Shown here piece after piece: positions 48,174-62,081 of a stretch of DNA of 64,000 bases. Under the pieces are notes generated by a model, which saw only the letters and a list, made by a program, of their open reading frames with translations, made no database searches and was not told the DNA's origin. Location of the stretch: NCBI RefSeq assembly GCF_018350175.1, contig NC_058368.1, positions 121,522,001 to 121,586,000 on the forward strand. Direction: 5' to 3'. Both the position numbers and the translations under genes were made by a program. Position 1 is the stretch's first letter; the number at the start of each line of letters is the position of its first letter. The DNA is from Felis catus. Taxonomy: Eukaryota.

Positions 48174-48398
48174 GGGGTGCCTGGGTAGCTCAGTGGGTTA
48201 AGCATCTGACTTCGGCTCCGGTCATGATCTCGTGGTTCCTGAGGTCGAGCCCCACGTTCGGCTCTGTGCTGACAGCTCAAAGCCTGGAGCCTGCTTCAGA
48301 TTCTGTGTCTCCCTCTCTCTCTGCCCTTCCCCCTCTCACGCTCTGTCTCTGTATTTCTCTTTCAAAAATGAATACACATTAAAAAAAAAAAAAAGAAA
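48174..48398 (+). mobile_element. Can-SINE
   Basis: TSD agaaatgcctggagtc. Confidence 0.93.
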
Positions 48399-48704
48399 GA
48401 AATGCCTGGAGTCATCAGCTTCCTAATTACATCCTAAAGACCAGCCCTTTTGAGTCCCAGCCTACAGCAGTCTGTGTTATGTTGTCGCAACTTTGCTTCT
48501 TTTATTCTGCTCTCCCTTCTCAGAACTCTGTACACAGAGACTGTTAAAACTTCTGCCGCTTCATCATCACCACTTTGGGTTATGTTTTCCAGAAGTTTAG
48601 TTTATTTTGCACGAGTTATACTTCAGAATATTTTTCTTCTTATGGCAGTGGTGGTGGGGATTCATTTAATCTCAAAAGTGTGCTATTTTCAGAGTCTCGT
48701 ATTA

Positions 48705-48787
48705 CTAAATATATATATTTTTATATATTTATATACATGAATATTTTACATTCTATGATATATTTATGTCATATACATACACATATA

Positions 48788-48826
<39 letters not shown>
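48705..48826. repeat. TA-rich low-complexity tract ending in (TG)n
   Basis: Directly visible. Confidence 0.9.
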
Positions 48827-48827
<1 letters not shown>

Positions 48828-48964
48828 TAATTTCATTTCATTTCATTTCCAGGGAATAATAGAGATTTTCTGACCTCTTGTCACCAGACTCCAGGCACAC
48901 ATGTATAATTATCCAGCATCATCCTGTGACTTTGCGGAGGGCTCTTCCATGATAAAGGGTCTTT

Positions 48965-49380
48965 GTCTCTTTTTGAGTTCCTTGGTTGTGAGCAACACAA
49001 AATAATCTAGCTCATGTAAAAAAGAAATTTACTGAAAATATAGAGTAACACACAGAACTGAAGAAAAGACGGAAGAGCTCAGGGAATGGCTGGAGCCAGG
49101 CAGTTCTGAGGCAGCAGAATTGAAAGGACCCAACTTTCAGGTGTTGTATGAGCTCCCACAACCCTTGTCAGCCCACTCAGCATTCAGTGTCCATGATGAG
49201 AACACTTGCCTGGCCAACCCTGAGTCATATGCCAAACCATCAGCCACAGGAGGGTAGGACTGTTGATTGCCAGTCCCACCAAGATGGTATCCATTCAAGA
49301 AGGGCTCATTCCCCAATGCAAAATTGGAGTGTATACTAGTAGAAGGGGGAAGGGATGATGGTCAGAGTAACATTATATAC
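48965..49380 (-). mobile_element. Old MaLR LTR relic (MLT1J/K-like)
   Basis: cttggttgtgagcaacacaaa...aagaaatttactgaaa...tggccaaccctgagtcatatgcc. Confidence 0.55.
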
Positions 49381-50124
49381 TTTCAACATTTCATCTGATC
49401 CCTCCCCAAGGGTGGGGTGATATGAGCAAGGAGTCTCTAAGAAGAGCTGCCATATATAGATAGGCTTGTTACCATCATAGTCATGGATAGACCCCACTTA
49501 GCTTTGTTACTTGGTACATCTGGACACGGGTGATGTGCCATGAAATCCCTGCAGACTTACATGAGACTGCACGGTACTGGGTGTTAAGCTGGTGACTGTT
49601 AGTGTAATTTGAAGAGATAATAGGTTCTATGGAACTAAAATCTACATCATGTGCAGAGAAGGAGAATCTGATCTGTAACAACATTGAGAGACAGAATTTT
49701 CTAGATGGTGACACAAAAGTCAATAAGTATTCCTAATCAGGTCCCCAAATATGTTTACTTCAATTCAGAAAATGCTCTCTCCCCTTGATTTATTTACTTC
49801 TTTCCACTGAAAACAAATATTTCATATTACTCAGTTTTGGATCATGTCCATATATATGATATGAAAGCTTCCCGGTTTATTCTCTATTTAGATTCACAAA
49901 GATCATTGTCCTCTAAAATATTCATTACTTACTTTAAAGTAATTTTTAGCGCTCAAGTAATTTATGTTCATTGTAGAAAAATCAGAAAATAGAGACTGGC
50001 CAAAGGAAGAAAAATGAAAACCCACAGACAACCACTAGATACATTTTTGTGTGTATACCCCTAGACTTTTTTGTCTGTGATGATGTATTTGCATATATTT
50101 ATGCTCACAAAAAATTTATAAAGC

Positions 50125-50490
50125 TTTTATTTTATTATTATTTTTTAATATAATTTATTGTCAAATTGGCTAACATACAGTGTATACAGTGTGCTCTTGG
50201 TTTGGGGAGTAGCTTCCCATGATTCATTGCTTCTATACAACACCCAGTGCTCATCCAAACAAGTGCCCTCCTCAATGCCCATCACCCATTTTCCCCTCTC
50301 CCCAACCCCACATCAACCCTCAGTTTTTTCTCTGTGTTTAAAGTCTCTTATGGTTTGCCTCCCTCCCTCTGTGTTTGTAACTATTTTTTCCCCTTCCCTT
50401 TCCCCATAGTCTTCTGTTAAGTTTCTCAAGATCCACATATGAGTGAAAACACATGATACCTGTCTTCCTCTGACTGACTTCTTTCACTCA
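50125..50490 (-). mobile_element. Carnivore L1 extreme 3' end
   Basis: aatttattgtcaaattggctaacatacagtgtatac...acaacacccagtgctcatcc...ccacatatgagtgaaaac; flanks gctcacaa. Confidence 0.9.
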
Positions 50491-50755
50491 AGGCTCACAA
50501 TTTTCAAAACATGGAATCATGTTGATTACATTGCTTTCATGATCTTTTTCATTCAATAATAAGTTACTACCTTTTCATAATTATAAAAGTATTTCCTCTA
50601 CATTGTTTTCATATTTCCAACAAGCTTCATATATTAGTATCATGTTAGCTTACTGGTTCATTGCAGAGACAAGGACAAGACAATTCGCCACGTTTCTTAC
50701 TTCTCATTGGTGCCTTCATTTTGATTTGCCCTCTTTATGAGATTATGAAACCTAG

Positions 50756-50973
50756 ATTTTTCTTTTTTGTGTGTGTGTTTATTTATTTTTGAGAGAGAGA
50801 GAGAAACAGAGTGCAAGCAGTGTGTGGGGGTGGGCAGAGAAAGAGAATCCAAAGCAGGCTCCAGGCTCTGAGCTGCCAGCACAGGGCCCAACAGGGGGTT
50901 CGAACTCACAGAGTGTGAAATCATGACCTCAGCCGAAGTCAGACGCTCAACCCACTGAGCCACCCAGGTGCCC
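50756..50973 (-). mobile_element. Can-SINE
   Basis: TSD tgaaacctagattttt. Confidence 0.93.
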
Positions 50974-51773
50974 TGAAACCTAGATTTTTCTGAAGTACTA
51001 CAACACAATCTGTTGACATCATGGTGGTTAAAAAAAAAAAAATTAATTGCCCTGGGCGACCAAGTTTCCTTTATGGACGTGCAGAGGTGTTAAAAGTCCT
51101 TAAGCGCTTGGATATAGTCTTCATGTGGAAGAAGCTGGCGAGCACTGCTGTCTATTTTACCACTAGGAAAAAGGAGACAGTTTTGAGGCCACGGGAGAAG
51201 TCAGTGGCAGCGCCCAAAAGAGAAGTTCTAATGGCCCAGCCCTGTAATCAAACCACAAAGCCACACTGCTTCCCTTTCCGCTGCTTCAGGGCTGGGCTTG
51301 GAAAGGAAAGGGCTGCCTCCCTGGGAGGGCTGAATGGTGATTTGCCATTCACAGGCCAGGTTGCTCTGTCAGGAGAGATGCAAACTCCCCAGCTCTCAAT
51401 TGCGGGTGAAAGCTTGTTATCGTGTGCAGGACCCATTGATCTGTTTCAACAACGACTCCTGAATAATAGGGCCCCTAAATGTTTGCTGCCGGAGAGATCT
51501 ATACCGTGGATGAGATGATGGTACTTACTGGAAACTATTGCCTGATATATGAGTTTTGCTGTTTTGTCTCAATGAAGTTTCCCTGCACACTTGGAGATCT
51601 CCCTCCTCACTACTCCTTCCTTCAGCTCTGGTGTAACCTGTGGGGCTAGAAAATAGTGAAATAAGATAATTTACAAATGTCTTAACATTTAAAGGAAAGT
51701 CGCACTTGTGTGAGTAGAGAGGGGCAGAAGCTGTCCAGAGGATGAATTTTTCAGTTTACTAAGAAAAGCTTAT

Positions 51774-52000
51774 GGGTGCCTGGGTGGCTCAGTCGGTTGA
51801 GCATCCAACTTGGATCAGGTCATGATCCCGCGTCTGTGGGCTCGAGCCCCATGTTGGGCTCTGTGCTGACGGCTTGGAGCCTGGAGCCGGCTTCAGGTTC
51901 TGTGTCTCCCTCTCTCTCTGCCCCTCTCCTGCTCATGCTTTGCCTCCCTCTGTCTCTCAAAAACTAAAATAAAAACATTTAAAAAAATCTTTTAAGAAAA
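51774..52000 (+). mobile_element. Can-SINE inside an old L1ME-like fragment (~52010-52330)
   Basis: SINE head gggtgcctgggtggctcagtcgg; downstream acccagcaatt...aataggagattggttagatgaat. Confidence 0.88.
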
Positions 52001-53899
52001 AACTTAAAAAATGCGTGTGCTCATTTACCCAGCAATTGTGCTTTGCGTAATTCATCCAAAGTGAATAATGGTGGAAGAGACAAAGTCTAAATTACAAGGA
52101 TCTTCTCTGTAGCATCGTTTACAGTGGTGAAAAAATTGAAGCCATTTCAAAACTGAATAGGAGATTGGTTAGATGAATGATGATTTGGTTATATAATGGC
52201 TCTGTGCTGTCATTAAAAATAAGCTGTATTAATGCTTATAAATGACAAGGGAAGTTGTTTATGATATAATGTTAAGTTACAAACAACAGGCAATGAAACA
52301 ATGAGTTTGATGCCCATTTTGTAAAAACACTACATGCATACATACCCTTACCCTCATACAAACGCACACAGAGTCCTGGTCCTTCCAGCCTCTCTTTGTC
52401 CATCGCGAGCTATTCTCCCCCTTGAGTCTTTCAGTGACTCCCCCCTACCACACACATCGCCCAAGAAGTTCGCTTTCCCTGCAAGATCTTCCTTCTCCCT
52501 GGGAGCAACTCATCCTTCAGCAAACATCGCTTTCCACAAATAGGGGTCAGATCCCCAGTATAAGTTCTCAGGATCCCCAGAGATGAGAAAGACATTTTCT
52601 GCATAGCACTGTGGGAGTCATCAGTGCTGTTGACCAAATACAGAGTATCCAAAAGTCTGGAGACAAAATATAATTCCTTCATGAATTATAATATCAACAA
52701 ACTATTCACTATGTATTCTTTTATGTTTTCAGACTTTGTGGACGCCCTGTACTGTGGTCCCCCTCTGTCTGGGCACATCATTGGTCATGCTTCCCTTGTC
52801 TCCATGGAGTTAAGTGTAGCCACCTGACTAGCTTTGGTTCATGAAAAGGACACAGAAACGACATGTATCAATTCCCTGTAGAAGCCTGCATGGAACAGTC
52901 CAATACGCTGTAATCTTTCCTCCCTGCATTGGTCTTGCAACTGTCCGGGGGTAGAGATTCAGTCCGTCTTCTTTGCTGTGTGAGGGCGACCGGGGCAGGG
53001 ACCACATCCCGTCCCCACTAATGTAAGATGGAAAGTATTGTGAAAGAGGAGCTATTCTTTGTGATATGAGATGACTGAGACCTGGGGTGAATGCGGGAGA
53101 AATCAACAGTTGTATGAATGCCTCTGAGCGCTCTGGGGGAAAGAAAGAGTAGGATGATAATATACTAAAATGTTGGAGATTTTATTGCCTTCTTTGTGCT
53201 TCTTTATACTATCTAATGTTTTTATACTAAGCACACAATAAAAATTTTTTTTTTACAGAGATAAGTTGTGTTTTCCATTTATAACTTGGGGATTGTGGAA
53301 GCCCAGCAAAGTTCTCCGGCAGCCCTCACCAGTGCTGCAACCTTTGAAAATGCACACATTCTCTCTGAGGTAGCCCTAGGGAGTGATCACTATGGCTTAA
53401 TAAAGAAGAAATGGAAGGGAGAAAGTGTTAGGTACAGGAATAGTTTTTGAGGGAGAGGGCAAAGGTGAACTTTTAAGTACACATTGCTTAAGCATAGCCC
53501 ATATTTGAGCCTACCAACTATGCGTATTTTTTTTCTTCCTGTTATAACAACGTTATGTGTCTGAAGTCACTCACTCAGACACGGGTGGAAGTCCACGTTG
53601 TGACACTCCTGGTCTCCATTACCGTAGTTACTTGACAGTCTACGACTTTGTTTTCACGCTGGTACAGAGGGATCCGAATAGTACCTGGCACCCGCCGTCG
53701 TGGGGACCAAAGTCGGCAGTGCCCATAAACGCTCAGTTCGATACCTGTCCAGAGTGCATGCTTGGTGGATGCTGGTTACTAGTAGTGCCATTGTTGGCTT
53801 TATCATCTGTGATTTGGGGGAGCACGACTAGCGACAGAAGATCCTCCACGTGTAAGGACTCACTTTTTTGTCTGCACCAATCGTAATGAATGCCCACAC

Positions 53900-54030
53900 C
53901 TAACCCTGGGAGGTAGGTGCGAATAGAACTTTTTAACATGGAAACTGAAGCTCAGAGTGGTTAATTAATTTGCCCCAAGTCACACAGCTGGGAAGAGGCA
54001 ACGCTTGGATTCCAACTCCTATGTGTCCAA
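53900..54030 (-). mobile_element. MIR
   Basis: ggaaactgaagctcagagtggttaattaatttgccccaagtcacacagct. Another MIR/L2 piece lies at ~53610-53760. Confidence 0.75.
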
Positions 54031-55055
54031 TACTACAACGGACACTCTTCAGTTATTCTTTCCAGGGAGCTGGTGCAGTGCCTCGTCTTCACTCTGTGCG
54101 GTTCTGTATACCCACGGGCCCCTGTTTAGGACAGCATGTTCCCTGTTACCCACCTGCCACTCGGATCGTTGCAAACACACCCAGCCACGAGACTGTTAGC
54201 CAGTGTGGCGGAAGGTTCACCGTCTCCTATGTGCCTCCAGTTTTCAGCACCAGCCACTACTGTGGGCTAAGCAGGGGTGGAGCCCTGGGGGACGAGCTCT
54301 GTAACTGCTGAGAGGGTTTCATCCAAACATTCTGTGTTCCAAACCTGAGAATTTAAAGCCTTTTTGGAGGTTGTTATCATATTACAAGCCCTTTTCCGGA
54401 AGTTGGAGACATCAGTCCTCTCTCATGCCGTTCTGCTTCAAGGAACACACTGGAGGCCATCGTTGTGCTGCGAGTACCCCTAACTGCTGCTTCGTGACAC
54501 GCTCACACGTTCACAAGTCAGAATGCCACAGGTGAAGTGGACAACACTTAGGTTTTCATCCGCAAGAGTGGGAGGGATCCCTGAGGAACGGCGTGCACAA
54601 GCACTTCCCCTGGTCCCGTGGTCCCTTCAGCGGACTGAAACGGTGTTTTGCAAAGAGTTGCTTAGGCTTCCTGAAAAAATCTTCTTTCTCCCGCACTCCT
54701 GCCTTCCAGAAGCCTTGGGGTAACCACGGGGTAACCACGTCATTAGAACAACACAAACACCACACCGTAAGTATGGGGAAGACAGGACAAAATGTAGGGC
54801 AAAGCTGTAACTTATTCACACGGTTGGAAGGGAAACACAGGCATCTTTGCTCCCATTACAGTGATTTTGGAGAAAGCCTTAAATGCTCCAGGGAAAAATA
54901 AAGGTTTCTGCTTCATTTCAGAACCAGCTGTGCAAGACATTCTATCTATTACGTATAAATACTTGAGAGAGAGAGAAGAGACCTATTATAATAGGTTTGA
55001 AATTCTTATACACCTTAAAAAAGTTTATGTGGTATTTTAAATGTTTGTATTTTCA

Positions 55056-55268
55056 GGGGCGCCTGGGTGGCTCAGTCAGTTAAACATCCGACTTTGGTTC
55101 AGGTCATGGTCTCACAGGTTGTGAGTTCAAGCCCTGCGTCGGGCTCTGTGCTGACAGCTCAGAGCCTGGAGCCTGCTTTGGATTCTGTGTCTCCCTCTCT
55201 CTCTCTCTGCCCCTCCCCCACTCACACTCTGTCTCTCAAAAATAAATAAACTTGAAAAAACTTTTTTA
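55056..55268 (+). mobile_element. Can-SINE
   Basis: ggggcgcctgggtggctcagtcagttaa head. Confidence 0.92.
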
Positions 55269-55669
55269 AAAGTTTGCCTTTTCATAAGGAACTTCCCTTC
55301 AGTGCCCCCACAACTCCCAAAATCAAGATGGCACACAGTTATCCTTCCTATGTGTGGATTTTAACACAGCCCACACGCACACGCCACTGTAAAAGGACTG
55401 TTGACGACATCACTCTTATACAAGGGTTGGAACTAAAATTCATACTCAAGCTCTTAATGACATTGGTTAATAGCCAAACGTAACAGTCTGCAGTCTGAAT
55501 ACGACTTAACATTGCAAAGAATAAGTGAAGAGATCTAATTTTCTCAGTTTAGAGATTTGTTACTTGTGCTAGGTCTCTGCGGGATGCTTCATTAGTAATA
55601 ATACAGGGAAATTCTCTGTTATTTAAATATCAGCAAGGGGAGACTTTCTAACCATCCCACAAATGTGTC

Positions 55670-55875
55670 TTTAAATGTTTAAATTTTATTTTAAAGAGAG
55701 ACAGAGAGCATGAGTGGGGGAGAGAGGCAAAGGGAGAGTGAGAGAAAAAGAAACTTAAGCAGGCTGCACACTTAGTGCAGAGCCTGACAGGGGGCTGGAT
55801 CCCATGACCCTGGAATCATGACCTGAGCCAAAATCAAGAGTCAGACACTCAACTGACTGAGCCACCCAGGCACCC
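55670..55875 (-). mobile_element. Can-SINE (first of a tandem pair)
   Basis: Reverse SINE; flanks caaatgtgt(gt)cttt. Confidence 0.9.
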
Positions 55876-55886
55876 AAATGTGTGTC

Positions 55887-56105
55887 TTTTTTTAAAGTTT
55901 ATTTATTTATTTTGAGAGAGACAGAGAGAGAAAGAGAGAGAGGGAGAGAATGTACACAGGAGGGGCAGAAAGAAAGAGAATCCCAAGCAGGCTCCACACT
56001 GTCAGTGCAGAACCTGATGTGGGGCTAAAAATCATGAACTGTGAGATCATGACTTGAACTGAAACCAAGAGTCAGACACTTAACTTACTGAGCCACTCAC
56101 GCACC
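55887..56105 (-). mobile_element. Can-SINE (second of the tandem pair)
   Basis: Reverse SINE; TSD caaatgtgtgtcttt. Confidence 0.9.
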
Positions 56106-57369
56106 CACAAATGTGTGTCTTTAATGAGCTCTTTCAATACCTGATGATCATCTACCTACTCGCAAGATCAAGTGACTACAAGTACCAGTCTTTAAAATTT
56201 TGTATTAATTATGTGATACATTTTAATCATTCTAAGAAATTCAGAAAATACAGACGAATTAGTAAATAATGAAAAGTCCTCGTAATGGAATGCTATGTGA
56301 TCATGAAAAGGCTAAGGTAGAGCTTTATGTTTGGATGCGGCAAGATGAGTGTCATAACCACCGCCATCACCACAACAATGGCTAGAGCTACCATGAATGA
56401 GAATGTAAATGTTTCAGGCACTCAACGCTTTGGACACATTAATTTATTTTTTCCTCTTAAAACAACCCTATGATTAGACACCAAATATTACACTCTGAAT
56501 GCAGATAAATTGCTCTTTGTACATTTTCTGCCTAAATGTGGGACTTTCTGGCCCATAAGCTTGAACTGAATTTGGGACTAAACAGCCAAGCTCCATCTGG
56601 CTACACTGTCCATCCATAAGTTCCTGGAATCACTTCGTGGGCAAAATGGACCCAATGTAAGATGCGAGGTTTCAGCAAGATATTGTGAAACCAGTGAATA
56701 TAAGGGGGCTGTTGACTGAACAAACGTTAGCCGATGTTCTATGGAGGAATAGTTCCTTTTGGTGGTCTAGACAGGCCCAAGTACTTGCACTATATATAGA
56801 CCTTAGCTAGTTCTTAAGAAGCATGTGATGGGAACTTCTTAAAATTAATGTTATTTACCTGCTAGGATGTAAATGCTAAAAGGATGTGGTCTACATTATG
56901 GACAAGGGCTTTGTAAAATGTGATATTAGAAAATGGAAATTTTACGAGTTCTGGGAACAGAAACAGTTGATGGGAGTGAAATGGGAGAAAATTCTAATTT
57001 TTGCTGCTTTGCTAGAACTTAATCTAAAGTACTGAAAAAAAAATGAATAGTAGAACTACAACACCCCTGGGTTAATTATGCTCACTTTGACTCTATCAGG
57101 CTGCCTGTTGCTGAAAAATAACCCTTGTACTTAAAACAATAGTCCTTTCCACCGCTGTTCATGGGGCTAGAATCCCAGAACTCCAAGCTGTTGAGGAACT
57201 CAGAATTCTAATCCAACTCCCAGCGTGGGGCATGAATTACTCTTTGTTGGCTGGTCAAATCATCTCAGTCAGAGACTTGTGGGATGGGTGGTAGTGGAGT
57301 GCAGTGGGTAAGACCTCAACAGCTTTTGCTTTCATATTTATCAAGCTGTGTCTGGGAGACAAGGCAAGA

Positions 57370-57585
57370 TTAGGGTCCCCCTACTACTCTGCCATCTTAA
57401 CTCTTCCCAGATTTTGCTTTCAGATGGTCTTCGCGAGCTCTGTGACCTTGATGTTGCTTAGCCTCTTAAGAGGTCATCCATCTCATCTCTAAAATAAGAA
57501 TACCTCACGGGATTGTTGGAAGGATTAAATGAGGATACCTTAGCAAAGCCTTGGGTTAAATGCCTGACACAGCATCCATAATGAC
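57370..57585 (+). mobile_element. MIR
   Basis: gctctgtgaccttg...gcttagcctct...catctctaaaata..aatacctcacgggattgttggaaggattaaatgag. Confidence 0.75.
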
Positions 57586-58217
57586 TATTTTTTTCATCAT
57601 GATTATCATCACCAACATTACATAGAGGAGTAAGCATGATGTGAGGCATCAGACTGCAGGTGCTGGGACAGTGATAAGTCCATAGGGCTACTTTTGGTCA
57701 TAAGCCATCCTCCTTATCTTGAACTGGGAACCAGTGAGTCCCCACTATCCTGAGTTCTTGTGAAAACTCTTTTCCTCATTTTAATGGAATTCTTATGTTA
57801 CCCTTCTCCTATCTTGAATGTTCTTTAACATCAAAAAGACCAACCTTACCCAAGTATGGACCACATAGAAAAACAAAATCAAATTCATAAAGAAAGGAAA
57901 CAAACTGGTTGAATCTACCCTATACCCACCCCACCCAGATTAAAGCCCAATTCTTTCAGTACAATATTAACCTATAATATAATTACATGGTGATGAGACC
58001 TTCTCATATTTTATCGCATTCACTTATTACTCGCCAACTTGGGAGGAAAATAGAGCAAAGAATACATTATCATCCTTGCTCTATAGATAAGGGAACAGAG
58101 AGAAAGCAGCGAACTTGCCTGAGCTACACAGCTGTTGGTAGAAATAAAATCCGGGTGTCTGTGTATAGGCTTCTAGCCCATTATCTTTCCACTGCTCCAG
58201 AGAAAGCAAATATGTGC

Positions 58218-58386
58218 AGCCACTCCCCCATTCATCACTTGCAACAGACATTGCTAATCAACCACAGTATTCTTTCCCACCACCTGAACTTAGACTCAGA
58301 GCCATTCTTACCACAGTGTTCCAGATAGCTATCACCAGTTGAGTATAAATGACACCAGAATATAACAAACATATTGGCCATTCCTG
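58218..58386 (-). mobile_element. MER102-like hAT relic (MIR relic upstream at ~58000-58200)
   Basis: Reverse strand caggaatggccaata...gggaaagaatactgtggttgattagcaatgtctg. Confidence 0.55.
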
Positions 58387-59669
58387 GACAGTGGCCTTCA
58401 CCACTGATCTCATCAACTAATTCACTTGGCATATCAAAGCTGGAGGGAGAATTTTTTCCTTAGAAATGTGTTGCTAGGCCCTATTTTCAGCAGGTGTGTG
58501 GTCAACATTGATTGCGTGCTCCTCCAGTCTAGATCCTTGGTCATTTTCATATCCCATAACCTGAAATGGAGCCTGACAGAGAGAGACATTGAACCACGTT
58601 TTGATGGATGGATGAATGGACTTAGCGATTGAATAGGCCCATAGAAACATGTCTAGGGTAAAGAGCCTCCGCAACCAATGGTTTTATAGACTTTCACTTC
58701 GGATGATGACTTCACGCCTTCGTGTCTCCTAGCAGTGGGCCGTCAATCTAGAAAGCACTGTCCAGCTTCCAAACACTATCTATCTCCATTTATCAGAGGA
58801 TATTATCAGACACTGTGCTGCTGAGGTAGCACATTAGGTAGAGCTTTTTGTTCTGCATCGGTGATAAGGATTTGGGGAAATGTGTTCTGCCAGGGGAGGG
58901 AAGGTACATGGTCTCTCTATTACTCTGGCCTGATGACAGCTGCTAGCACTCTGCTGAATGATCAATAACTGGCTGCCAGTCCCGTTACTCCTCACTGGCT
59001 ATTTTAAGAACTGCCAGCAGAGACCCACCATGGACTCATGAAAAAATATTCTGAAACAAGGAAGCCCACTCTTCCTCCCTATACCAACTTTGACCTTGGT
59101 CACAGAGCCCAGAGATGTATGCAAGTCCAGGAGTCCTTTCAGAGGGTATCACAGAAAACCATCTGCAGTGGGACAGGCGACCAGCCATTCCCATGCACTT
59201 AGCCATCGATCAGGATGCTGTTCCACTGGCGCCTGGACTTTGGCACCGTTGGTGAGAATTTGAGGTTCCAGATCCTTCTGCCTTCTCTGGATTGCTTTTC
59301 ATTTTAGTTGCCTCTTTCCCAAATAAAGATCAACTGAATTTGCAAGAAGTCCAGCCAGTCACTAAAGAGTCTTAGCTTGTAAGAAAAGCTGCTTTTAACA
59401 AGGACAGATGTAAAAAGAAAAAAGGCAGTTCTTTCCTTTACTTACCTCTTGTTTTATATACAGAATCTCTGGGAAGAAATTACAGGACTGAGGAAGGTTT
59501 TTGACCTAATAAAAACTTTTGTGGTCTTTGTTTATTTACTTTGCAATACGGGGTAGAATTGGTACTGCCTTATGCGCTTCCATTTCCTGTACTGTCTTAG
59601 AGAATGGATGTTACAATCCTTTTTATGGCAATGATGACTAATAAAAAATAGTATAGATTTCAGTTGACT

Positions 59670-59868
59670 TTATTTTTTTCAGTTGATTTATTTATTTTGA
59701 GGGGGAAGGGGCAGAGAGAGAAGGAGAGAGACAGAGAATCCCAAGCCGTCTCTGCACAGTCAGCACCGAGCCTGACCTGGAGCTCGATTCCACGAACCAG
59801 ACTGTGAGATCATGACCTAAGCCAAAATCAAGAGTCGGACAAAAGTGACTGAGCCGACTAAGCACCCC
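59670..59868 (-). mobile_element. Can-SINE
   Basis: TSD tgactttattttt. Confidence 0.9.
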
Positions 59869-60115
59869 TGACTTTATTTTTTCTAAGTGGAATAATTCAA
59901 AAATATGAAAAGAGAATAAAATAAACCCAGCTGAGATATGCACCATTAAAAATGCATTTCAACCTCTCCAGCGACATTTTTTACTCCATCCTTTACCCCT
60001 ACTCCCAAGGGAGACATTACACTGCTTCTGGTGTCTCTCATTCCCAAGCCTGTCTTCATGCTGTTTGTTTGAAGTGATAGATAATAATATTTCACATGCT
60101 TCAGAATATTATATA

Positions 60116-60310
60116 GGGTCACCTGGGTGGCTCAGTCAGTTGAGTGTCTGACTTTGGCTCAGGTCATGATCTTGTGGTTCATGAGTTTGAGCACTGGGGT
60201 TGCTGCTGTCAGCACAGGGCCTGCTTTGGATTCTCTGTCCCCACCCCGCCCCCTGCCTTCCCTTCCCCCTCCCCCCTTTCTCTCCCTCCCCAAAATAAAT
60301 AAACTTTTAA
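60116..60310 (+). mobile_element. Can-SINE
   Basis: gggtcacctgggtggctcagtcag head; flanks aatattata. Confidence 0.88.
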
Positions 60311-60489
60311 GAAATATTATACAAATGGCATCAAACCAAATGTCTATTTCTGGGAATGTACTTACTGAACTCCTCAGTATGTATGTGAGGGGTTTTTTTG
60401 TTTTGTTTTTTTTGCTATTAGTACATGTAGTTTAAGTTAACTTTTAACATCAAGCAATGGATTTTTCCGGGACTGGTTTGAGAATCAAA

Positions 60490-61660
60490 AAGGAGAGGCT
60501 TCTCCAATCCCTAACTGAGGTTAGATATCCTTGTTATGGACTCTCATCACACCCTGCTCTTCTCTGTAATATTTAATCATAGTGCTTCTCGTAGTTTTGT
60601 TTAATGATGAAATGATAAATACTACGTATTTATGTCATGTCTGTCTTCCCTGCCAGAAGGTAAGCTCCCTAAGGTCAGGGACTATGTATATCTTATTCAC
60701 TGCTGTGCCCATTACACTTAGCTTGGGGCCAGCCACTGAGCAGGCAGATAAATGGAGTTTGTTTGACTGCCTCCAGTATAAAACCCAGCTTCCTTAGAAT
60801 TCTGTGTGATGTTTTTAGTGATCTGGTTTCCACCTCAACTTCCGAGCCTCATTACTGCCCTTGTATGACCTGCACCCTACTTTTTCTCCCCTAAAACCTT
60901 TGCAGTCCTGAGTTCTCTTGGGCTGCTTGCTTTGGCACATGCTGTCCTGTCAGTCTAGAACATCTACCCACCTTTGTTTGCCTGTCAAACTCCTTTTCAT
61001 CCCTTAAAACTCATCTGAAACGGCACCTCCTCTGGGAAGCTGTCAGCAACAATTTCAGGCAGAATGCATGGCTTCTCCTCTGTGTTTCCACAGCACCATC
61101 AAATTTCTCTACTCCTTTATTCGTTAATTTATTGAAAAATATTTACTGGGGCACCTGGGGGCTCAGTCAGTTAGGCGTCTGACTCTTGATTTCAGCTCGG
61201 GTCATGATCTCACGGTTCATGGGATCAAGCCCCACATCGGGCTGTGCACTGTCAGGATCCCTCTCTCTCTCCCTCTCTTTCTTTGCCTCTCTCTGTCTCA
61301 GAATAAATAAACAAAGCTTAAAAAAAAATAAAAATATTTACTGTGTTCCTACTACTAACCAGGATTTCTCTGTGTTCTAGAAATACAGAATAGACAAGAT
61401 ACGGTCTCTGTTGTTTACAACTAGGTCAACAGGATCTATGAAGGCACTAAATGGGGTGACAAGACAGTCACTGGCAGTCTTCTTTAGGGAGGGTAGGGAG
61501 GAAGGCCTGTCTGAGGAGCAGATGTTTGAGCTGAGGCCTAAAAAGAGGAAAGCAAGTCAGTCACACAAAAGGCTATGGCAGTATTTTCCAGAATAGGAAC
61601 TGATTCCCCAGTGCCAGCAAATGACCATCAAAGTATTTCATGAATGAATGAATGAGCCAG
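60490..61660. mobile_element. Cluster of L2 fragments in both orientations
   Basis: gtaagctccc.aagg.cagggact.tgt..cttattcactgctgt; aaaactcatctgaaa..gcacctcctctgggaagc; ggaaggcct.tctgaggag...tgtttgagctgag. Confidence 0.65.
61148..61332 (+). mobile_element. Can-SINE
   Basis: TSD aaaatatttactg. Confidence 0.9.
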
Positions 61661-62081
61661 ATTATGTTGGCTCAGAAGGAACTTCAGTTATCAAACTTGC
61701 AACAGCCTCACCTCGCATGAAATATTCACGTCAACCCAAATCAGGCCCTCCTCAGGTGCTAATAGCTGTGGGAAGAAAAGAATTCCACCGAACCCGAGCT
61801 GGTGATACCCAAGTGCAGACAGAATGTCAGTCAGTAAGGGTTTGCCCTGTTTTAGAGTTTGCATGCTTGAGTAAAGTCAGCCCATGCAGACATATACCAC
61901 CAGGGCCAGGAGCAGCCCTACTCATTGTCACTAACTTGTCATTAATATTTCTACGGCATTAAAGATAATTATTCCCTACGGGGAGGTCAGCATGCACCAG
62001 GCATGGTCTCACGTCGTCTTCATTTTGCTCCTATTATTATCTCTCAGAGGATGGAGACTCATCAAGACCTTGTAGCTGGTA

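Noticed and set aside
51021..51518. 165-aa ATG-initiated ORF in unique DNA
   Set aside because: I recognise no domain, and there is no evident promoter or splice context. A chance ORF is likely; BLASTp/PhyloCSF would settle it.
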